Positions 34,855-47,526 of a stretch of DNA of 64,000 bases are shown one piece after another. Made by a program: the position numbers and the translations under genes. The stretch is from Lama guanicoe (taxonomy: Eukaryota): contig MU054391.1 in the NCBI GenBank assembly GCA_013239625.1, forward strand, positions 3,987,824 to 4,051,823. Reading direction: 5' to 3'. Positions within the stretch are counted from its first letter, which is position 1. Each line of letters starts with the position of its first letter. The notes below the pieces were generated by a model. It saw only the letters and a list, made by a program, of their open reading frames with translations. It did not search any database and was not told where the DNA came from.

Positions 34855-36945
34855 CCAAAAAAAAAAAAAAAAACCCAAACCAAACTAAAACAAAACAAAA
34901 AACAAAAAAAGCAGCAAGGCCGGGGCTTGTGTGGACAGGACGCAGGGGGCCTCATGCCCTCTGGTCTGAGCGGGAAGAGGTGGCAGACCACGAGGTAGGC
35001 GGGCAGACCTGCACCAGACCCCCCCAGGTCTGTGCAGAGGAAAGACGTCCACGCCGCCCTGGGGCTGAATCGGCAGAGGGACTCTGGACCTGAGTAGAGC
35101 CCGCAGGTGGGGTGGAAAGGTCATGTCAGTGCTGACTTGGACCGAAGCCTGGGGAACCGGCAGTTCAGTAACTAGTGGACAGCATGACCATCCTGTCTCC
35201 CATCCCCCTGCCCACCTAGATGCTGGGCACATCACAGTCTCCTAGGACTTGGACACAGCCTGGGAGCCGTGGAGAGGGAGGTTCTGAATGACATGAGATT
35301 GTTTCTACCTCCCCTGATCTGGAATTAAACTGCCAAGTTCAAGGAGAACTAAACATACTCCCTCCATGCTTGGATCTGCAGAAAGATTTAGAGACACTAC
35401 AACATGTTAATATTATGTCATTAACCTAATGAAGCTAATATAATTCACAGGAAACCCTCCTCTATTATAACCCTCAAATTAAACACTAAACTCTAATAGT
35501 TTCTATTGCTTTTGTTGGATTCCCTTTAATATTTCTGCATCCATCATGACTGTGTACTGATAGTTGAATGCAGTCCCCGAAGTGTGGCCAAGGCCCCCAT
35601 TTATCGGGAACATGTGTGTGTTTCCATTTATTGGAAGGGGTGCCATGGACAAGGGCATGGGAGAAAGAAGAATTGAGAGGTCCTAAACTGTCCTGGACAA
35701 AGGGCTTATCCACAAATGATGGAAGGTGGTCCAAGAAGCCAAGATGGGAGCCTCTTAGAAAACCTCAAACACTGAGTGAAACAGCACGGTCTGCATTGCT
35801 CCCTTAACTTCTGTGATGACCAAGGTGTCTTGGGAGCCACCTGCCCTGTCTCCCTCCAAGGGACAGAGGTGGCTTCCCTGCCCCTGAGGCTTAGCATCCG
35901 AGCCGTGGGACCCAGCCCCACCTGCCCAGGGCTGCCCACCAAGGGAACCGTTGTGCACAACGTGCAGGGACTCTGTCCACTGTGGGCAGGTGTCCTCTGC
36001 GTCTCCCATCTGCCTGAAGCCCTGGACCCAGCGGTGGAGTTGAGACCATAATTTGGTTTTTCTCTCAAAGGGCGATGATTTGGAATGCGCCATGTAATTA
36101 CCTGGACGCCTTTTCCTCACCTGTAAAATTAAGCAGTAATGACATCCCGCCTGCATATTTTCCTTTGTCCTTCTACGATGAAGTAATGGCATTTGTGAGT
36201 GCAGTGAATTTCCTTTGATGATCTGATATTTGCTAAGTTACAACCCATGTCTTTGCAGAATGGACTTGGGAAGGCTTATCTGAACGCACGCCACACACAT
36301 CGAGGCTGATGTGAGCGATTTGGAAACCAGGAAAGGGGACCTGGTTCCTGGCTATGAGTCCTTATCTCTACATCCCCCGTGAAGGATCTTCCTTCCCCGC
36401 CCCTTAACACCATCGCCCACTGGCAGTCACAGCCCTTCAGCTCGTCTCTGTCTCATTTGTATCGCTGTTGACCAGAAGAGGGCATGAACTGAATGAGTGA
36501 TGGTAACACGTTTTGTGTGAGTGTCTCAGTAACCCTTGACACCCCAGTCCACAGGGGGCAGCTGACTGCAGGTGAGCAGTAGGATTCTCACCCGCACGGA
36601 GGTTTGGTCGCCACAGGCAGGTTTACCACGGCTTAAGTCCGCCGCGCTGCGTGTGGCTACTGTGATTAATGGTCACCACCCGGCTGTTGTGAAAACATGA
36701 GACTATATTCTGTAAAAGTGCACTCAGGCCAAATCCCCTTCAGCTCAACACCAAGAAAATTAAATTTAAGCCAATCTATTCAACTCAGTCCAGTCCAATA
36801 ACTTTCTAGCACTTTTCTTTTGAAGTAGAAGTTGCACTGTCCAACTTGAAGGTGAGGAACCTGATAGTATTCACATCGCATACTAGAATCCGATTTCTAA
36901 GTCCTCACCCTTGGGGCGGGGGGCGGGGTGTGGTCTCTGGGTGCC

Positions 36946-37171
36946 CAGTGCCTAGAGAGCTAACTGGAGCCCGAGGCTAAAGGAACTGTTGTTAATGCTG
37001 ATCCCGGCTTTATTTTAAATGTTTTTGTTATTATAATTTTTGCATACATTTTAACTTTTAAAAGATATTACATTAGAATATTAATACTAATACCAGTAAC
37101 TGGTTTTTGGCATCTTTTTCAATTTTGCACCTGAGGAAAATGAGGCAACTGGTCTATCTGGTCTGCACCCT
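36946..37171 (-). mobile_element. MER96B-like hAT DNA transposon
   Basis: CAGTGCC...TGGAGCCCGAGGC...CTGATCC...TTTATTT...TTTTTGCAT...AATTTTGCACCTGAGG...CACCCTAG matches the reverse complement of the recalled MER96B consensus. Confidence 0.6.
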
Positions 37172-37524
37172 AGATTAGCATGCGAAAAGAGCTGAATGTG
37201 TGTTTGTTAATTGAAAAATCAAATAAAGAATCAAAGAGAGAACTGCGCAATCTAGGGAGACACTGCATTCTCCAAGCGGTCTGAATCTGGTGCTGAGGAT
37301 CCCGAGATACAGGTGTGCAAGAGGACCCGCCCCATAGGGCACCTTAGAATGAATGGGACACAGGGACTTGCACTGATGGAGTAAGGGGCTGGGACCGGGA
37401 AACTTGAATAATTGGGAGCAGCTAGGAAACGGGGAACTCCAACAATCGTCCGCCCCATTCCTTTGGCCTAGTGGAGTGGACAGTCATGCCATCTCTGGGA
37501 CCAGTCTGCATCCATACAGTGGAG

Positions 37525-37742
37525 CAGCGAGGCAAGGGCCTTGGAACCAGAGATGCCTGAGTCCACATCTGACTCCACCACTGACAGGCCGTGTCACTGG
37601 ACAAGTTGGACCCTGGGTCTTTACTTCTCACACGAACAACGGCCATGATGATAACCACTGACCTCAGGGGACTGCGTTGAGCATTGCATGACACAGGGAA
37701 GGGGCCTGGTAAGGCCCTTGTCAAATAGAGAAGTTTCATTAA
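37525..37742 (+). mobile_element. MIR SINE
   Basis: GGCCTTGGAACCAGAGATGCCTGAGTCCACATCTGACTCCACCACTGACAGGCCGTGTCACTGGACAAGTT. Confidence 0.65.
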
Positions 37743-40210
37743 TGGGAATCTCCAGGATGTGCAAAGTCCACTGCCACAAAATAACTTATTTGCACGGAGA
37801 CTGACTTCACCCCTCGCCTGGAGATAGATCTGCCCTGACCCCCTTGGGACCAGCAGCTGCTACGCTCCGACAGACAGTGAGTGAGAACGCAGCCGGCAAC
37901 GTGTAACGTGTGCGGCTCAGCGCTCACATCCCTGGAGACGTCGCTAAGGTTTGCACCGAGGCTGCCAAGCGCTGCCATTTATTCCTGCTGGAACCAGAGC
38001 TGAGGCAGAATCCAAACTCCTCGCAAGTACTTTAGATTCCTTGGAAGAAAGGATTCCTGTAGAATATTAATATAAACTGTTATTACAGAAACCTGCCAAA
38101 GTCGCCTTTTTTATTTTGTATCTCATCAGGGGTTGTAAAACGAAGCCTTCCAGGAAATATGCAGTTGATTGGCTTTGATTCATTCCCACAATGATTTGGG
38201 AAATGGGGATTTCAGTGTGTGTTTGGATCTGTGTATTTATGGGCCGGGCGTGGCATACCGGAGGGAGTCAGTCCAGGTAAATAAGCGTCCACTTAACCCA
38301 GGGCCACCAAGGCCTTTCAACCAGCAAGATGATGGGGGGTGTCTGGGTGCTTGGAGGAGGGGGTGGGCAAAGGGGCAAGTTCTCCCTCCAAGCCCGTCAG
38401 GTCCACAGCAGGGGTTTGGACCTTGTTTGCAGGACCACCCTGCCGGGCTGTGTTCTGTTCTATTGTCCCTCAGCCTGGAGACTCTCTCGGCTGTCAGCAG
38501 CTCCTTCCCCGTGTTTGCTGTGTGTGTGTTTGTCTTTCTGGGATGAAGTTTGTTTTTCAAGCTCTGACAGACTGGCAAGGCAAACAAGGTTGCCATTTTT
38601 GTTTTGTTTTGTTTTTATGAGCACGGCAATTTTTAGTCCTTTGAAAACAATCCTGAGACTGGGGAGGTTATAATTCGGGACGCCATGTGCACAGGCATAC
38701 ATTCCGAGCTTATTGTGGCTGAGGCAACGATCTCAAGGGAGGAGGTGGAAGACAGATTAATGTGGGTGATTTATCAGTTGCGGAGGGACCGAGCTCCGGA
38801 CAGAATTAAAAGATGAAAAGAGCAGAAAGGAACAGAATTTTATGGAACATTCTGAAAAATTAATTTTGCCGGATATATGTGTGCCTGGATATACATATGC
38901 ATATAGAATATATAAATACACATTGCGTCGCGCACATATACCTTCCTCCTGCTTATATATGTCGGGTTCTTGGCAATCTCCTTCCTTTGGAATCCACAGA
39001 AGTACAGACAAAGGGTCTCCGAATGTAGCAGCTCGCAATCTCCAAGTTGTGACACAGGCATGGGAGACACCATGGTCTTCATTTTACTGATACAAGAAAC
39101 AGAGGGTCAGGGACCTTCCACAACTTACTTCAAATGACGGTGCTTTGAAACAACAGAGCCTGGGGAAAACGCTAGTCTTCTGTTTCCCAGATCTCAGGTG
39201 AATCTAGTAGCCTCAGCCTGAGAGTGCCCTGAGACCCTCTGAAAACTCTTCAGACGCAGGTGTAGAACCCGTCGTCTGTCACTGGGTAGTAGCGGTTGAG
39301 TCTGCCCAAAGGAAGGTTATTAGGACCATAGTCCTGTGTCTTGAAACAGGCAATGATTTTTAAAAGGATGCTTGCAGAGTTAAGGGACCATTTAGAAAGA
39401 AAATTAACAGTTTTTGTTAAGGCTCATTTTTTTTTTAAATAAAGGTACTGTCAGTTAACAATGTATCTTTCCTCTCTAGACAGGATTGAACATGACAGCT
39501 ATTCAGGGATATGGGATGTGTGCATTTACAGAGATTTTGATTTAGTCTTTTATAAGACTTATTTTTGCTGTCATGTTGATCTTTGGATCACTAGTCAAGT
39601 TACATCTTAAAGGTGAACATCCCTGGTTCTGAAAGTCACAGATTTTGGTTGAAAGCTGATCACAGGACAAGTCTTGAACTTTAAGAAAAACCAGAAGACA
39701 GTATCTGTGAGAGTATATTGGAGATTTAAGAGCTAAACAAGAGATTACTTTTATCAAGACTAGTTAAGTACTGGTCTCTGAAAAGCAGTGCAGGTAACAA
39801 ATCCAAACCAAGCCTGCCCTCTGGTTGTACCTCATGGCTTCTGAATCCCCACGTGACATGGAGACACACATGAGCTCAAAAACAGAGTCCTGGGCTGCCT
39901 ATGAGCCTAGGTTTGGTCTGAAATTCAGTTATTCCAAACGAGGTTGTGGCAGTCTCCAAGCCATCACACACACGCAGCGTTCTTGCATCTGTTGTAAGAA
40001 CGTGCAGCACTTCTGGCAGGAATGGTGTTGCAAAACCAAACCAACACGTTCTAAATCAAATGTGACTAAACAGGGTTGTGAGCCCTGACAACTCAGAGGA
40101 TTGCCCACACCTCTCACCCAGTACAATGGGCTTCACGTGGGAGCATCTAATCACATGGAGTCTTTTGGATAAGTACCTAACTAGCTACTGAAGATAGTTC
40201 TGGAGAAGAA

Positions 40211-40607
40211 CCTCTTTCTTCCTTCCTTCCCTCCTTCCTTCCCTCCTTCTTTCCCTCCTTCTCTCCTTCCTTCCATCCTTCCTTCCTTCCTCCCTCCCTC
40301 TTTCTTTCTTTCTCTTTCTTTTCTTTCTTTCGTCTTTCTTGCCTTCTTTCTCTTCCTTCTTTTCTTTTTCTTTCCTTCCTTCCTTCCTTCCTTTCTAACT
40401 TTCTTTCTTTCTCTTTCTTTCTTTCTTTCTTTCCTTCCTTCCTTCTTTCCTTCTTTCCTTCTTTCCTTCTTTCCTTCTTTCCTTCTTTCCTTCTTTCCTT
40501 CTTTCCTTCCTTTTCCCCTTTCTTATCTTTTTCTTTCTTTCTTTCTTTCCTTCCTTCCTTCCTTCTTTCCTTCCTTTTCCCCTTTCTTACCTTATTCTTT
40601 CTTTTTT
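40211..40607. repeat. About 400-bp polypyrimidine (CCTT/CTTT)n compound repeat
   Basis: Directly visible; includes an 8-bp-period (CCTTCTTT)n block at about 40441-40505. It produces the KE/R-rich spurious ORF. Confidence 0.95.
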
Positions 40608-41384
40608 GGTACCAATGAACAAACAATAGTTAAGCAACATCAGTCAGTTAATCAGGGGCAGCTCTTCAATTATTGAGTGTCATGTTGTAAATGCTGCTAT
40701 AAGAATAATAAAAACAGCAGAGAGGATATGTGTTAAGCACCTTCTATACCCTAGGCCGTGAAGATAAAGCTAGACGCTACAGATAACTGGCATTTTATCG
40801 AACACACATGTTTTCCAATATGAATGTCATAGCCATGATAAGAAAGAAAAAAAAGTTGGACCGTAGAGTGTATTTTGGAATGTGATCATGGCAGGAAAGC
40901 AGAGCATAATATGGAGGTGTTAAATGGCAGATCTGTGATAAATATAAATATCAAATGTGTTATTTTGATGTATATGAGCGATAATTGGATTTTAAATTAC
41001 CCATCTATAAAGAACAGAATCTATAGTGCAAGAAGTTATGAAAATAATTATAAGGGAAAGCTCTGTCGGCCTTCCATATAATTTAAAAATAACACACGTA
41101 TATATCGGGAACTCAACGTTTCCACTTCCCACCCCCAGACTTCTCAATAAAGTTATCGCAACAAGTTTGCAAAGCATGAAACTAAATCCACCTTAACCTC
41201 TATCTGTTTGTGGAGAGTGAGGATTCGACCAGATTTTCTAAGCAATGAGGCATTCTATAAATTCTGGTTACTGGTGCTTGGTCCAACAGTAGCTTAATGG
41301 GCCTATGAGGGCTCCTGGGGAAGTCATAAGTTGACACAAGAGGGAAAGATCGTATATACAAGCATGCCGTTCATTCATCCCTTG

Positions 41385-41610
41385 TTTCCTTATTTCGTAA
41401 GAATTTGTTGACCACTGTGTACCATGCACTCTGTTTAGCACTTTCAATGCTGTATTTATATTCATATTCCTTACAGTAACTCTGGGGGTAGTGGCCCAGA
41501 TTGGAGGAAATTGACTTACACAATTTGCAAAACTTGGCTTAAATCATATAGCTTTGAATTGGTAACCCTGGGATTATCTCCTATGAGCAAAGCAGGCTCT
41601 TTGTTCTTTG
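41385..41610 (-). mobile_element. MIR SINE
   Basis: TACCATGCACTCTGTTTAGCACTTT...CCTTACAGTAACTCTG...AGATTGGAGGAAATTGAC. Confidence 0.55.
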
Positions 41611-43399
41611 CATGCACTTTGAAGCAGAAAATTCTGCCACCAGATGGTCCAGTCATTGCTGGAGCTGATTTGACCTTCAGAGATTTGACCTTAATGTTTT
41701 AGGTAAGCTTCTGCTTGGTTATAATCTTGGAATAATAAACAGCTGTTAGTAAATTTGAATGGTATGATTAGTAAAATTAAGAGAAAGTGGAGCAATGAAG
41801 TTATTTATATCAAGATATTAGAAATGGACTTTGGGAAGCTTTGATTGCAGATTCTTAACAAAGAGAGATTTCAGAGGCAGAACTTAAGATTTCCCTTTCT
41901 GGTCAAATATGTATTTAGCTCCTCTTAAACTTATTAGGTTTCATTCTATGAATTATGAGTAGCTTTAAACTGAATTTGAGTAAACAAAACCTCTGAATTT
42001 GTATGAATCCAAAGTAAGGATACCTTAAATGCTAACAGCGTTCTTATTCCTATGTCTTGCTCAGTGTAGTGGATTAAGGTTTTGCAATGAGTAATGATTA
42101 CTTCTGGTAACATTTAAGGAAAACACAATAAAATAGTCCCCAAAGCTCTTACGGAAAATCTATACTTAACTATCATTTTGAACAATGAATGACAGGAATT
42201 TTATACAGGGTCTTATCGAGTGTGTATGTGCAGATCCCAGATTGGAAATAGAGAAAAGAAATAATTCAAGTTCAGTGCCAACAAAAGTTTATCCAATTTT
42301 GCACTCATGACATGTAAGATGAGAAAAGTGAAAATAGAAAGATTTTACATACAACTTTCTAAAAATATCCAAGAATGTGAGATTGGTGTCTGTGTCTAAC
42401 CTAAACCGTAGGAGAAGATCTTCCTCTAAGACGTGAAAGAAAAATATTGGCACCTCCGTAGTGTATGTGGCAACATGACACCAATTGGGAATTGATTATG
42501 AGGAGAAAAGTGACATAGAGTGTGAAAACCCAATCTATCAATATTTCCAGCTTTTTTTCTATATGCCACCCTGATTCCAGCAAAACTTTTTTTTTAACTT
42601 GTCATTTCTATATAGCTGGAGAAATTGAAAGAATAAATTCATTTAAATGTTGAAAGAAATAATCAATTCAGTAATGTGATATAGAAAAGGAGGTGGAAGT
42701 CATAATGTCAAAGGAAGAGACTGTCTTAATCTTATGGTCAGTAGGCTGTGGTGTGAGAAATACTGTGGAGAAAGAAATGTGTGTCATAGGAATTAGCATT
42801 AGGTAGAATGAGATGCAAGCCAATGGTTCGGCCTTACTATTTACAGTGGCAAGATATTATTGCAAAATCAAACTGAAATATTATTTGTTGTGTATAATAA
42901 AATAGTATAGCAAAAATCCGTCTAAAGGAAGATAATGAGCCATTAGGAATATCAGAACAATATTGTTATGGGGCCCCATCCAAATGGGGTCAGAAGTATG
43001 GAATAAGGAGTGAAGTAGCTGTTGAGGAAGAGTAGGAATTGAAATGAAAACATCCGAGTGCAGGACCTCACTTTATCACTGACAGGCCACGCGTCATGCG
43101 TTGACCTAGAAATTACCTAATGTTTCAAAAGGTGGGACATGGCATGAGTCTTCTATATACATACGTGCTTTCAGTGTCATTGATTTTGTGCCAGTAGTTG
43201 AGCTGAAACATTGCTTTTGTCCTACATATATTCCTTTTTCATTTGTTTGGGATATAAAATATGTGTAACAATGAGACATGTTTTATTGTCTATTTTTAAG
43301 TTTGGGGAATAAGAGTTGCCAAAGTTATCCAATATTATACCAGCTCACAGGTTAAAGATGAAATCATAAATTATAAGAAAAATAAGAACTGACTGCATC

Positions 43400-43783
43400 A
43401 TGACAAAAATAAAACATCTCAAATAGAGATTTATCTTAGTGTTTTCAGACAAAAAGATATAGAATTAAATAATTATATTTTAAAGATAACTTGGCATTAA
43501 AAAATAAGAAAGTGGAAGGAAAAACATAATAAAGAAATGACCAGAAATGAATGTAAGAGAAAAAAAGATATATAGATGCACCAATAATGTTACAATTTCT
43601 TGAATCTGACAATTAAATTGATGAATCTCTATATGAATTAATAGGAAAAAAGAGAGAAAATATGATCAAATATTAGGAATATTGAGGATTTAGAATACTG
43701 AAGAATTAGGGGGGGTATAGGTCAGTGGTAGAGTGAGTGCTTAGTATTCACAAGGTCCTGGGTTCAATCCCTAATACATCCAT

Positions 43784-43827
<44 letters not shown>

Positions 43828-45130
43828 ACCTAATTACCTACCGCCAAATAAATAATTTAAAAAAAACAGAAAAGAAGAGCTGCAAAAAAAAAAGATTATT
43901 GAGGAATTGGAGGATATTGCTAAATAGATAATAGAGATTAAAATCATAAGAGAACATTGTGATCACCTTATACCAGTAAATTTAGACAAAACAAACAAAA
44001 TGGAAAACCTTTCAGAAAAGGTAACTTTCCAAATCAGACTTAATAAGAAATAGAGAAAACAAACAGTTTTAAAACCATTCAAGGGAATGAACTATTAGAT
44101 AAAAACATTTCCACGAATGAAACACCAGACATAGATTCTAAAGCAATTGCTAATATCCTAAGAATGAATAGTTCTAATTATAGATGAACTTTCGAGAGAT
44201 TTGAAGATATGAAAATATTTTTCTACTCATTTTTTTTTCAAGACAGGATAATTTTCACACCAAAATCAGATAAAGCCAGCACACAGAAAAAATATTAAAA
44301 GTCAATAGGAAAAAAATAATCTAAAGTGAGATTTAACAAATCAATAGTAATATATAGAAAGATAAATATGATAAATAAGTTGGATTTATTCCAGGAATTC
44401 ATGTTTTAACTCAACACTTAAAAACTACTACTGCAGCTTACAATATTAATACTTTTATGAAGAAAAGTAATCTAAACACATGTAGAAAATTTTCTTAACA
44501 TTTGCCACCCACTTATGATTAAACTAGTTAGCAAAATTAGAAGAGAGAGGAGCATTCTTAATATATTAAGAGTATTTTACTAAGTGGAAAAAGTTATTCA
44601 CTCTGATCTCAGAAAAAGACAAGAGTGCCCACTCACACTTCTATTCAACATTATATTGGATGTCCTGGCCAGAGGAATATGACAAGAAAAAAAAAATGAA
44701 CTGGAAATTCAAAAACAAAATTGTCATTATTTGCTCATGGTATGACTTTCTATAAACACACAGATGTTTCATACATAAATCATTTCCATTATTATGAGAG
44801 CTCAGAAATATTGCTGGATTTAAAAACCATATAAAGGTCAAAGGCATTTCCCTACCACAGTAATAAACTATGAGAAAGGGCCAAGGTGAAATATCGAGGA
44901 ATAAATATAATAAAAAATAATTTTGTTGTAAAATAAATTGTAGAAATAGTACAAAATATGGAAGAAGAGTTAGGTCAATGGAAAGAACTTATTCTCAAAT
45001 ACAGAAAGAGTACCTTGTAAAAATAGTTTGTGTGCAGGAATATGCAAATAGATGAGTGAAACAAACAAACAAAATAAACAGAAAAAAATCAATGAACAAA
45101 AGATATTCAATAAATAAACCTGAAAATTGT
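43400..45130 (+). mobile_element. Old L1M ORF2 remnant (EN-linker-RT region), interrupted by a camelid SINE
   Basis: Strongly A-rich; AAGAAATAGAGAAA, AAACACCAGAC, CACCAAAATCAGATAAAG, GTTGGATTTATTCCAGGAAT, AAGACAAGAGTGCCCACTC...CTATTCAACATTATATTGGATGTCCTGGCCAG occur in L1 ORF2 order; many stops and indels. Confidence 0.8.
43709..43892 (+). mobile_element. Camelid tRNA-derived SINE (Vic-1 type), older copy with (TAAA)n expansion
   Basis: GGGGGGTATAGGTCAGTGGTAGAG...GGTCCTGGGTTCAATCCC...(TAAA)n CCTAATTACC; degenerate TSD AGAATACTGAAGAATT (43692-43707) vs AGATTATTGAGGAATT (43893-43908), 13/16. Confidence 0.9.
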
Positions 45131-45214
45131 CTGTAGACTCTGAAAGGGGTACCAGTAGAGTCTGAGCTGTCTGGAGGGGTCCCTATTCTCAGGAGACGCT
45201 GCTCCCTTCCCCGA

Positions 45215-45785
45215 CTCCAAATGGTGTCTGCTTGCCTCTGGAGCCTTCTAATCCACCATCTACACAGGTGCCTGGTTGTATTTCCTGACTCACAGACCTG
45301 AATGCCTTCCTCCCCTGCATGAATCTTCTCAGTGCCATTCATAGCCTTCAGAATAAAATTCAGGCTCCTGAATATGCCAAGCAAGGTTCCAGGTGTGCCT
45401 TTCCTACCTGCCTGCCCCATCTTTACCCCACCACCCATGGCCTTTATTGCCCAGAAAAACAGAGCTGCTTGGTTTTCCCAGAACACGCCGTCCTTGCCCA
45501 TAGGTCCAGCCCACGGCACCTGCCACCCTGCTTGCAGTGTGCAATTCCCCTTCAGACAGAAGCAGCTCAGTTTTTCCCTTCAAGGCTCAGCTAAGCACCG
45601 CCCCCACCACACACACACACCAGCCTGCCCCAGGGCAGGCTTCCCTAGTTCTTTCGATTGACTGAGCTCCCTTGCTCTCTGCTCCCACTGTGTCTTGGGC
45701 AAGCCTCCGCCCGCATAGTGCTTACAAGGCACTCTCACCACTGGAACCTGGTGCCTCACAAAGGTTGACAAGGACTCAGTGCATA
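45215..45785 (+). mobile_element. L2 LINE fragment
   Basis: AATCCACCATCTACACAG...CATAGCCTTCAGAATAAAATTCAGGCTCCT...CCTTCAAGGCTCAGCT. Confidence 0.7.
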
Positions 45786-46894
45786 CACATTGCCACAGAG
45801 TCACCCTGAAATGAGAAACAATCCTTTTTGCCTTGTGTCTCTCCGTCCATCCCTTAGGGAATCCAATTCTGGGCAGCAAGGGAGACAGCAGGAGTTCCTG
45901 GTAAAATCAGAGGGTCAGAAATCCTAACCAAGATGCGAACCATTTAGAAATTCAGTTTGGTTCTTCAGCTCTTAGATTTCTTGGTAGCAGGATGGTCAAG
46001 GACAGGGTCGTATGACACCCAGAAGCCCCCCCATGAGCCTCCCTTGGGGGCCCTTATAATCTTCAGACTCACCTGTGTGAGTCACTAACCTGTAACAATG
46101 TTTTAACTCTTTGCTATGAACCCAATGGCTACAATCAGTGACTGCAGCCTCCATTTATTATGATGGAGTAAACATCCCAGCTGATTAACGAACGGTGTAC
46201 GTATGCGAAGCAGCGAAGACAATTGGAGGTGAAAACAGTGTATGTCTTACAGGTTCCGAGGAGAAACAGGGCTCTGTGGTTTCATACAGACAGGGACTCA
46301 AGCTAAAGGAGGGGCGTGATGAATGCTTTCCAAGGCATTCCACGTGGCAGCAGCTTGTGGCCGAACTCAGAGAGAAGTCAGTTAATGAAGCAGGAGGAAG
46401 TGGAAGGCGTACACAAAACACAAGGAAGACAACACACACAAAGACAAACACAAACGCAGAAGAGAGAGGCCCCGGAAGTCAGAGAGGAAATCGTGTAAAC
46501 GTGGCAACTGCAATCACAAAACACCTTGGCGCCTTGGGAGTCCTTTCTGCTGGAAATGATCCAGGTGATAATGAGGATTTCACCTTCTAGACAGTTTCTA
46601 AGATGAAGCGACAGCGTTCTCAGTTTTGCAAACACACCATTTGATGCTTTATTCATTCTCCCACTCTTCATTGGACATCTCTTCTGGTCTGGACGCTGCA
46701 CTGAGCACTGAGCATATGATGACGAGTAAGCCACCATCCCTGCCTTGACCAGCTAAGAGTACAACGGAGAAGCTGAGAAGAACGCAGTCGGCATTCACGC
46801 GCTGCGACAAGAGTTGTCAGAGGGAGTCCGCTAAATGTGAACACGCTGAAGTCATGGCGCTGGGGCCCATCAAATGCATACAGTCCCTAAGGAA

Positions 46895-47045
46895 CAAGCC
46901 TTGGGAAGGAGTCCAGATCCTGTCTCAGCTCTGCCACTGACCAGCTAATCAGCTTGGGCAAACCATTCCCCACGCTGGGAAGTCACGTGGAGACTGGACT
47001 CAGATGGAATGATTGCAGGTGCGTTCTAGCCCTGTGATCCTAGGT
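46895..47045 (+). mobile_element. MIR fragment
   Basis: CTCAGCTCTGCCACTGACCAGCT...CTTGGGCAAACCATTCCCC. Confidence 0.55.
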
Positions 47046-47479
47046 GCAGGCCAGGGATGGTCACAATTTGTTATGCCTCCAAGCTGGAAAGAGCCCAGAA
47101 GTGCTTCCCTGTCTGCCTTCCTGCAGAAACGCAGACCTCATGGAGCTGGTTAAGGAAGCTCTGAGGCTCACTGCGGATTTCTCAGCCCACACCCAGCCCA
47201 CAGCACAGCCCCAGCACCAGGGACCTGCAGGGCAAGACCGGCCAGTGTGTTTGGCCACTTCCCCCCTGGCTGCAGTGTTCTTCCCCTGACCATTCCTTCT
47301 TCTCCTGGGAAAGTCCCTGCTCCCGCTTTCAAGCTTATTTTGCCTGATAAATGGCATTGTAGTGATCTGTTTCATGCCGTTTCTCTGTACTGACTTACAT
47401 GATTTTTTGAAGGCAGGGGTCTTTGTCTTTTTCATCCTTGGATCATAATCATATGGCAGTGTGCCTGCCACCTAGAGCA

Positions 47480-47526
47480 TGTGTGTGTGTGTCTGTGTGT
47501 GTGTGTGTGTGTCTGTGTGTGTGTGT
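47480..47526. repeat. Interrupted (TG)n microsatellite at the end of an L2 3' fragment (about 47385-47478)
   Basis: Directly visible; preceded by TTGAAGGCAGGGGTCTTTGTC...CAGTGTGCCTGCCAC. Confidence 0.9.

Noticed and set aside
34485..34998. ORFs spanning the N-run
   Set aside because: Artefact of translating Ns.
36911..36933. Tandem GC boxes as a promoter
   Set aside because: Isolated motif next to a MER96B relic, with no CpG island or downstream exon evidence.
40177..40626. 149-aa K/E/R-rich ORF (also 51028-51465 and 5613-6112)
   Set aside because: Translation of (CCTT/GAAA/GGAA)n microsatellites, which lack stop codons.
47210..47230. REST/RE1-like site CAGCACCAGGGAC
   Set aside because: Right half-site lacks the conserved GGACAG..CC.
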